NCBI GenBank assembly: GCA_033581555.1
Contig: JAVQSZ010000002.1
Location: 32,001-96,000, forward strand
Reading direction: 5' to 3'
Length of the DNA stretch: 64,000 nt
Source of the DNA: Nitrososphaerota archaeon
GTDB taxonomy: Archaea; Thermoproteota; Nitrososphaeria_A; Caldarchaeales; Calditenuaceae
Below the pieces are notes generated by a model. It saw only the letters and a list, made by a program, of their open reading frames with translations. It was not told the origin of the DNA and searched no databases. The first letter of the stretch is position 1. Each line of letters opens with the position of its first letter. Positions 57,539-64,000 of this stretch are shown here, piece after piece. The translations under genes were made by a program, and so were the position numbers.

Positions 57539-59044
57539 GTGAACTCCCAGTGGCCTTCACTTTCCAAGGAGCAAATCTTCGCGAGGCTGAGGGAATACGC
57601 CTCAGAGGACGCGGAGCCGTCGAGCGGGAGGCTCTTCACGATCGCCTTCGAGTCCGGCCTCGACGACCTGAAGGAAATCGCCCTCGAGGCCTTCAGGGCC
57701 TTCATGGACAAGAACATGCTCGACTTCACGGAGTTCCCCAGCGTGATCAGGATGGAGAGAGATGTGGTCGGGATCGCGACAAGGTTGATGAACGGCGACG
57801 AGCAGGTCGCGGGGACCTACACCTTCGGCGGTACCGAGAGCGTCTTCCTCGCGGTGAAGGCCGCGCGCGACTGGTTCATCCTCGGGAGAGGAACGATCAC
57901 GATCCCCGAGTTAGTGATCCCCGTCACCGCGCACCCGTGCTTCGACAAGGCCGCCGAGTACATGGGCCTAAAGGTCAAACGAGTGAAGGTGGACCCGGAG
58001 ACGCTTCAGGCTGATGTCGAGGCCGTGAAGGAGGCGATCACGGAGAACACCGCGATGGTCGCAGCTTCTGCTCCGAACTGGCTCTTTGGGACTGTCGACC
58101 CAGTTAAGGAGATGGCCGAGGTCGCGCAGGACGGTCGCATCTGGTTCCACGTCGACGCTTGTGTCGGCGGCTTCGCGCTCCCGTTCATGAGGAAGCTGGG
58201 CGAGGACGTCCCGGACTTCGACTTCAGCGTCGAGGGGGTCACCTCGATATCGCTGGACCCGCATAAGTACGCATACGCGCCCATAGGAGCATCGGTGGTC
58301 CTCTTCAGGAAGGAGTACTACAAGATGTATTCCCAGTTCGCCTGCCTGAGGTGGCCGGGTTACCCGATCGTGAACCCCGCCGTGCTCTCGTCGAGGTCCG
58401 CGGGACACCTGGCCTCCACGTGGGCAGTCCTCCACTACTTGGGCGAAGAGGGTTACCTGCGGCTCACCAGGTCGATAATCGAGGCGAGAGACCTGATCTC
58501 CCGCGGCGTGGAGAAGCTGGGTTACAGGGTTATGGGGAGGCCGACGGTCATACTCGCCTTCACCTCGGAAGACCTCAACCTCTTCAGGCTCTCCGACGAG
58601 ATGACGAAGAGGGGCTGGTACCTCTTGCCTCAGAGGGGCGTCCCTGAGATGGGGATACCCCCAAGCGTCCACCTCACGATCACTCCGCTCAACAGGAGAA
58701 CCTGCGATGAGATGGTGAGGGACCTGGAGGAGTGCACCGATCTCGTGAGGAGGCTCCCGCCCAGCGAAGCAGAGGGACTGATCGAGGGACTAGGTCTGAT
58801 CATGCGGCTGATCACGCCCCAGGAGTTCGACCTGGCCTCATTGGGGGCTCTGATGAGGGAGCTTGAAAGGAGCCTAGAGGTCTACGGCCCCGCGCTCCTC
58901 AAGGCCCTTGGCCTGAAGGAGGGCCTCCCCAAGGAGATGTCGACTATATATCAGCTCTTCAACAACCTGCCGCCGAGTGTCACGGAGCTCCTCGTGAACT
59001 ACGTTGTCATACAGCTCTTCCGGGGAGCCGGACGACCCGTGTGA
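57539..59044 (+). CDS. PLP-dependent group II decarboxylase / sphingosine-1-phosphate lyase-like protein
   Basis: GGTES, HPCFDKAA, HVDAC.GG and SLDPHKY motifs. Confidence 0.85.
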   Translation: MNSQWPSLSKEQIFARLREYASEDAEPSSGRLFTIAFESGLDDLKEIALEAFRAFMDKNMLDFTEFPSVIRMERDVVGIATRLMNGDEQVAGTYTFGGTESVFLAVKAARDWFILGRGTITIPELVIPVTAHPCFDKAAEYMGLKVKRVKVDPETLQADVEAVKEAITENTAMVAASAPNWLFGTVDPVKEMAEVAQDGRIWFHVDACVGGFALPFMRKLGEDVPDFDFSVEGVTSISLDPHKYAYAPIGASVVLFRKEYYKMYSQFACLRWPGYPIVNPAVLSSRSAGHLASTWAVLHYLGEEGYLRLTRSIIEARDLISRGVEKLGYRVMGRPTVILAFTSEDLNLFRLSDEMTKRGWYLLPQRGVPEMGIPPSVHLTITPLNRRTCDEMVRDLEECTDLVRRLPPSEAEGLIEGLGLIMRLITPQEFDLASLGALMRELERSLEVYGPALLKALGLKEGLPKEMSTIYQLFNNLPPSVTELLVNYVVIQLFRGAGRPV

Positions 59045-59073
59045 ACTCCGCACCTGTAGTGCGTATCTGACCG

Positions 59074-60693
59074 TTATGGTTGCTGACTTTTCGTTGACCT
59101 TTCAATGAAATAATTCTTGTACATCTCGCGAAGGGCCTTCTTGTCGAACTTCCCTGTCCCTGTTTTCGGTATCGATTCGACGAAGATTATTTCATCGGGT
59201 AACTGCCACTTAGCCACCCGTTCTCTCAGGTGATCGATTATCTCTGCCTTACCGATTTTGTTCACGTAATCGCCCTTGAGTACAACAAAAGCCAGAGGCC
59301 TCTCCTGCCATACCTCGTGTGGAACCCCCACGACGGCTGCTTCGAGTACAGCGGGGTGACTCATTATGAGATTCTCTAAGTCAACCGATGAGATCCATTC
59401 TCCCCCGCTCCTTATGAGGTCTTTGTATCTATCGACTATCTGAATGTAGCCCTTTTCATCAATAGTCGCCGCATCACCAGTTCTCAACCATCCTCCACAG
59501 AAGGATTGAGCTGTCCTCTCTGGGTCCTTGAAGTACGAGTCGATAACCCACGCTCCCCTGAACAGTAGTTCTCCGACCGACTTCCCATCCCGAGGAAGCT
59601 CGTTCCCCTCCTGATCCACGACCTTGACCTCGATGCCGGGGACCGGTATTCCCTGCTTGAGCTTGACCCTCCTCACCTCCTCCTCGTTGCCGTCGATGTC
59701 CCTCTTGAGCCAGTTGACCACCGCGGCTGGCCCCTCGGTCATCCCCCACGCGTGCACTACCTCCACACCTAATTCCTCGAACTCGTTCAATATCGCCGGC
59801 GTGAGAGAGGCTCCTCCGACGATGACCCTCTTCAGGCTGCTGATGTCGTAGTTCCGGGTTTTGTTGAGGTGATTGAGGAAGTTGATCCAGACGGTCGGTG
59901 CGCCTGCGGTCACGGTCACCCTTTCGCCCTCTATCAGCTCAGCGAGCCTCTGAGGGGTAGGATGTGGACCGGGTAGGACGATCTTCGCTCCCGCTATCAT
60001 CGAGGAGAAGGGGAGGAACCATCCGACCGCATGGAAAAGCGGGACCTGTAGGAGCACCACGTCACGGTCCGTCAGGTTGAAGAACTGAGGGAGACAGAGC
60101 GCCAGCCCAGCGATGAACACGCTTCTGTGGCTGTGAATCACTCCCTTGGGAGGCCCAGTCGTTCCGCTCGTGTAGAGGAGGAACGCCGGCGCGTTCTCGT
60201 CTAGGCTGTCGGGGAACTCGAAGCCCTGCTGGCCGTTCTCCAGTAATTTCTCATACGACGCGACCCCTGACCGGTGTTCCGTCTGATCCTCCCCCATGAT
60301 TACGCATCTGAGGTCGTGCCTGCCCAATTCCGCGAAGGCGGCGTACTGGTCTTCGTCGACGAAGACGATCTTGTCGTCCGCGTGGTTGAGAATGTAACCT
60401 ATTTCACGCTTCGAAAGTCTGAGGTTCAACGTGTGCAGGACGGCGCCCATGCAGGGGACGGCGTAGTACAGCTCGAGGTGACGGTGAGTGTTCCACGCGA
60501 GCGTTCCCACGACGTCGGCCTCGCCTACACCTAAGCCCCGGAGAGCTGAGCCGAGCCGCTTTACCCTTTCGTAAAACTCAGTGTAGCTGTATCTTAAAAT
60601 TTCACCGTCCGATTTATAAGAAGCTATCTCCTGACTTCCGAATAATAAGGCCGCACGCCTGAGGACGCAGATTAAACTCAACTGAAAGACCAC
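59074..60693 (-). CDS. Acyl-CoA synthetase (medium/long-chain, DmdB/AlkK-like)
   Basis: WNTHRHLELYYAVP, YTSGTTGPPKG, WGMTE and DRYKDLIRSGGEWISS motifs. Confidence 0.92.
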   Translation of the reverse strand: MVFQLSLICVLRRAALLFGSQEIASYKSDGEILRYSYTEFYERVKRLGSALRGLGVGEADVVGTLAWNTHRHLELYYAVPCMGAVLHTLNLRLSKREIGYILNHADDKIVFVDEDQYAAFAELGRHDLRCVIMGEDQTEHRSGVASYEKLLENGQQGFEFPDSLDENAPAFLLYTSGTTGPPKGVIHSHRSVFIAGLALCLPQFFNLTDRDVVLLQVPLFHAVGWFLPFSSMIAGAKIVLPGPHPTPQRLAELIEGERVTVTAGAPTVWINFLNHLNKTRNYDISSLKRVIVGGASLTPAILNEFEELGVEVVHAWGMTEGPAAVVNWLKRDIDGNEEEVRRVKLKQGIPVPGIEVKVVDQEGNELPRDGKSVGELLFRGAWVIDSYFKDPERTAQSFCGGWLRTGDAATIDEKGYIQIVDRYKDLIRSGGEWISSVDLENLIMSHPAVLEAAVVGVPHEVWQERPLAFVVLKGDYVNKIGKAEIIDHLRERVAKWQLPDEIIFVESIPKTGTGKFDKKALREMYKNYFIERSTKSQQP

Positions 60694-60778
60694 GCCTTTG
60701 CGACGGTGAACCTAAATTTTAAGCCTTTCCTTTATTGCTCATTAGGTCGGTCATAGATTTATTAACCACGAGGGGGTA

Positions 60779-62245
60779 GTGAAAGAGATGATCAGAAACC
60801 CAGAAGATTATATAGCGAGCATACAGGACGGCAGGGAAGTCTATTACATGGGTAAGAGGGTTAGCGACATCGCCGGCCACCCGTCCCTCAGGATCCCGCT
60901 CCATCACGCAAAAAGGATGTACGAACTGAGGAGCGACCCAGCCTACAGGGCTACACTCGTCTACGAGGACGAGAGGTTCGGTCCCGTCAGCTCCTTCTTC
61001 AAGGTACCTAGGAGTGAGCAGGACCTAGTGGAACGCGCAGAGACGATCGGTGCCCTCACGAGGGCCTGCAACGGGATATTCAACATCACGCAGGCGATAG
61101 GAAGCGACGCCCTGTTCGCGCTGATGATAATCACGAAGAGGCTGGAGAAGGAGCAGGGCAAGGGCGAATACCACGAGAGGCTGATGAGGTATTACGAGCA
61201 CGTCGTGACCCGGGACTTGGCGCTAGCGACGGCCCAGATGGACGTCAAGGGGGATCGGTCCAAGAGGCCCCACGAGCAGCCCGACCCCGACCTCTACCTA
61301 CGGGTCGTGGAGGTGAGCGAGGGCGGAATCGTGGTCTGCGGTGCCAAGGCCCACACGACCCAGAGCGTAGTCGCCGACGAGCTGTTCTTCATCCCCAGCA
61401 GGGCAATGACCGAGAAGGACCAAGACTACTCCGTTGCCTTCGCGATCCCCGCAAACGCGAAGGGCCTCAAGTTCATCGTGAGGCCCCTGTTGGAGTTCGA
61501 CGGTTACGCGGAGAAGGAGGACGCCCCGCTCAGCTCGTCGAACCTCGAGGCCGAGACGCTCACGGTCCTTGACCACGTCTTCGTCCCATGGGACCGGGTC
61601 TTCCTCTTCAAGGAGTGGAGGTTAGCCGGCGAGCTCGCGAACCTATTCGCAACCTACCACAGGTATACGGCGGTCAGTTACCGGTCCGTCCTGGTCGACC
61701 TCTTCTTAGGCGCGGCGAGGCTGGCGGCCGCTTGCAACGGCATCGAGAACGCGCCGCACGTCAGGGACGACATCTTGGACATAGTCCTCTACAAGGAGAT
61801 CATGCGCATGGCCACGAGGATGGCCGCGTTGAAGGCGATCCGCGACCCCGAAACGGGGATCCTCGTGCCGAACCCCGTCTACACAAACATCGGCAAGCTG
61901 TACTCGAACGCCTTCTTCCCAGTCGTGATCAAGAACCTGATCGACATAGCTGGAGGACTCGTCTCCACCCTTCCCTCGACCGCAGAGCTCAAGAACCCGG
62001 CCACTGGGCACTACATAGAGAAGTTCATGCAGGGCAGTCCGAAGTTCAGCGGGCTGGATCGATTCAAAGTCATGAGACTCGTGCGGGAGCTGGCTGGAGG
62101 GCCCCTGACCGGATACCTGTTAGGCGCCATGATACACGCGGAGGGATCCGTCGCCGCCAGCAAGATCGCGCTCTACAGGGACTACGACTTCGCCGAGGCC
62201 GAGAGGCTCGCCATGAAGGTAGCGGGGCTGAGCGAGGGAGAGTGA
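60779..62245 (+). CDS. 4-hydroxybutyryl-CoA dehydratase / HpaB-family flavoprotein lacking Fe-S cysteines
   Basis: DVKGDRS, GAKAH.T, VFVPWDRVF, YHR and HAEGS motifs. Confidence 0.85.
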   Translation: MKEMIRNPEDYIASIQDGREVYYMGKRVSDIAGHPSLRIPLHHAKRMYELRSDPAYRATLVYEDERFGPVSSFFKVPRSEQDLVERAETIGALTRACNGIFNITQAIGSDALFALMIITKRLEKEQGKGEYHERLMRYYEHVVTRDLALATAQMDVKGDRSKRPHEQPDPDLYLRVVEVSEGGIVVCGAKAHTTQSVVADELFFIPSRAMTEKDQDYSVAFAIPANAKGLKFIVRPLLEFDGYAEKEDAPLSSSNLEAETLTVLDHVFVPWDRVFLFKEWRLAGELANLFATYHRYTAVSYRSVLVDLFLGAARLAAACNGIENAPHVRDDILDIVLYKEIMRMATRMAALKAIRDPETGILVPNPVYTNIGKLYSNAFFPVVIKNLIDIAGGLVSTLPSTAELKNPATGHYIEKFMQGSPKFSGLDRFKVMRLVRELAGGPLTGYLLGAMIHAEGSVAASKIALYRDYDFAEAERLAMKVAGLSEGE

Positions 62246-62302
62246 GTCACCCGATAGTCCGAAGGCGAACTCGAGCTCCGAACTTCGGCGATCACAAGCC
62301 CC

Positions 62303-62324
62303 CTTTTCGCTTAACCGGAGCGAA
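62303..62324. terminator. Short hairpin TTTCGCT-TAACCGG-AGCGAAA between convergent genes
   Basis: Inverted repeat in the 100-bp gap between the 4HBD-like gene and cas6. Confidence 0.25.
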
Positions 62325-62348
62325 ATCGACCTCTGACCGACAGCTCGG

Positions 62349-63245
62349 TCAACGTGTGAAAGTCTGATGAGATACCTCGTAACGCGAGTACTTGATCATC
62401 CCGAGTCCCGCTGTCCTCTCGTCGCCGACGTTGAAGAGTTCCCCCAGCTTGAGAAGCGCATCGGTGAACCTCATGAAGGTCTCGGACATCAGCGAGTCTG
62501 AGGGTATTACGTAGTGGACCCTCCCCAAGAATCCGATGCTCGCCCCACCCCGTTTCAATGAGACAGTCTTTATGCCCTTCGGATAGCCAGAGCACGCAAC
62601 CCCCCCGGCCTTCAGCCACCTCCTGTACGCCTCATTAGGAACTGGCGTCTCGCCGAGGTTGGCAACCCAGAAGTTAAGGAGGCTCACCAACAGCCTCTCA
62701 GGATCGGGGAACATCACGTTGCGCGGAGGAGCCAGCCACACTCGATCACCGCTTAGGCCCAGCAGATCGGACACGTCCCTCGGCGGCGCGGTAAACCTTG
62801 TGGGTGTGATGAAGCGTACCGCGAATCTGTTCACCGGGACTGACCTCTTCCAGAGCTCTCGAAGTTCTATCAATCTGAAGTCGATGGCCTCAACTTTGCA
62901 CTCAGTTCCGTTGAATGAGACCTTGTTGAGCGCCATTATTCCTTTGCTGAGCGCTCCACTGAGTCGTTCACCGAGAGCAGTTACGTTGAAGTAGAAAATC
63001 TTCTCAGGAAGTAAATACCTGTACACGGGCTCCGCAGTTGCTGCATCGATCACCGGCGTGACAGAGTAGGGCGCCGGCTTATTTGTTGAGTGAATCTCGT
63101 CAGCCAAGCTACCGTCAACCGAGGACAATATATTGTAAAATAATCCCTGTACCGCGTATCCACTGTAATCTGAGAAAGTGATCGGCGCTCTGGTTTTGAA
63201 CGAGATAGTGAACCTCGCGCACAATTCTTGGGAGTCGTATTTCAT
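62349..63245 (-). CDS. cas6: CRISPR-associated endoribonuclease Cas6
   Basis: H...KP.PYSV, F.TPT.F, P.PE.L..SL, GF.G and C-terminal G-rich loop NVGDERTAGLG. Confidence 0.88.
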   Translation of the reverse strand: MKYDSQELCARFTISFKTRAPITFSDYSGYAVQGLFYNILSSVDGSLADEIHSTNKPAPYSVTPVIDAATAEPVYRYLLPEKIFYFNVTALGERLSGALSKGIMALNKVSFNGTECKVEAIDFRLIELRELWKRSVPVNRFAVRFITPTRFTAPPRDVSDLLGLSGDRVWLAPPRNVMFPDPERLLVSLLNFWVANLGETPVPNEAYRRWLKAGGVACSGYPKGIKTVSLKRGGASIGFLGRVHYVIPSDSLMSETFMRFTDALLKLGELFNVGDERTAGLGMIKYSRYEVSHQTFTR

Positions 63246-64000
63246 ATCGCTCTGCTGAGTTTCCTTGCGATTCTCAGACTTCTCCTCTGAAGCATGTACA
63301 AATTGAAATCCTTGTCGCCTCTGTTAGGAAGTTTGTTCGTGTCCATCAACACCCAACGCATGAACTCCCTGTCAACCGTGTATACGAACTCCTCATAAGG
63401 CTTGAGACCGTGTATGACCTCATAGAGGAGAACAGAATATCTGATCGCTGCGGCCCTCTCGGAGCCGCTGTTAGTCGCGTCCAGCGCCACCTCGAGGAGC
63501 CCATGGAAGTCGTCCGCCACCCCGTTACCGTCTATGATACCGCATCTTCTCAGCTCTGCGTAGGTCCGATCGAGTCTCATGGTCATCGAAGTGAAGATCG
63601 ATGCTGGTGCGCTCCCCCCGGGCTCTCTAATCGCGTATACGGATACGCTCGTCGAGCGCATGAGGCTCGCCATCAGTAGGTGGAGTGCCGACTCGGGGAA
63701 GAGTCCCGCCAAACGTCCCTTTCTCTTACCTACATAAGTGCTTAGGTCCTTGTAGCCGGTTTGATGCGAAATAATGCGCTCCGCGTTGATGGTGAAGCCC
63801 CTCTCCGTCGAGGACGTCAGCGGGGTCACCACGACCGTAACGTAGTCGTTCACTCCTACCAACGTCCTGCCTACCGCGCATCCGAGGTAACCGCATAACG
63901 CGAGCGCTATCGAAGATAATGGGTATTTTTTGCTTTTAATGAGGCCAGCCGTAGAATAGCCTGGAACCCTGTTGTGTTCATAGAACTCAGGCTTGAGTAT
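63242..64000 (-). CDS. Probable type I-A large subunit (Cas8a2/Csa4-like), 5' end beyond window
   Basis: Frame open to the window edge (ILKPEFYEHNRVPG...LALCGY); coupled to cas6; lower GC than the core. Confidence 0.55.
   Translation of the reverse strand: MLKPEFYEHNRVPGYSTAGLIKSKKYPLSSIALALCGYLGCAVGRTLVGVNDYVTVVVTPLTSSTERGFTINAERIISHQTGYKDLSTYVGKRKGRLAGLFPESALHLLMASLMRSTSVSVYAIREPGGSAPASIFTSMTMRLDRTYAELRRCGIIDGNGVADDFHGLLEVALDATNSGSERAAAIRYSVLLYEVIHGLKPYEEFVYTVDREFMRWVLMDTNKLPNRGDKDFNLYMLQRRSLRIARKLSRAI

Noticed and set aside
60779-62245. Marker for the autotrophic 3HP/4HB or DC/4HB cycle
   Set aside because: The Fe-S cysteines of true 4-hydroxybutyryl-CoA dehydratase appear to be missing
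62246-64000. CRISPR array near the cas genes
   Set aside because: No regularly spaced direct repeats seen here or elsewhere in the window

Overview
High-GC archaeal chromosomal segment. The gene repertoire is TACK-like (AglB, archaeal PEP carboxylase, Rpo4, eL21, Nep1, Dim2, EndA with a crenarchaeal-type loop) and is most consistent with an Aigarchaeota/Caldarchaeales-like thermophile; this assignment is inference only. The window holds about 70 CDS and 2 tRNAs (Glu-TTC, Gly-GCC), densely packed, with frequent strand switches and several normally conserved operons broken apart. Most genes are housekeeping or metabolic: argF, aglB, ribK/RbkR, psmB, nuoI, ppcA, nadE, fixABC(X), rps9, hisC, aspS, rpl11/rpl1, por GDAB, phnCDE-like. 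The most interesting element is a ~12 kb cluster (33.3-45.6 kb) of YgeW-like carbamoyltransferase, nucleoside ABC ATPase, Lrp-type ligand-binding domain, MoeA/MobB, F420-type LLM oxidoreductase, SsnA-like amidohydrolase, PLP lyase, dihydropyrimidinase, adenine deaminase and a Moco oxidoreductase. It looks like an archaeal, possibly F420-dependent, variant of the ygeW-ssnA-hyuA reductive purine degradation pathway. Also notable are a membrane-anchored roadblock / roadblock / MglA-like GTPase module with an upstream Zn-finger, convergent rpl11/rpl1, a NuoI with a large insertion, a CTG-initiated eL21, and the 3' end of a lower-GC type I-A-like cas locus (cas8a-like, cas6) at the right edge. No CRISPR array or transposase is visible. 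All calls come from reading motifs by eye; no database searches were run.
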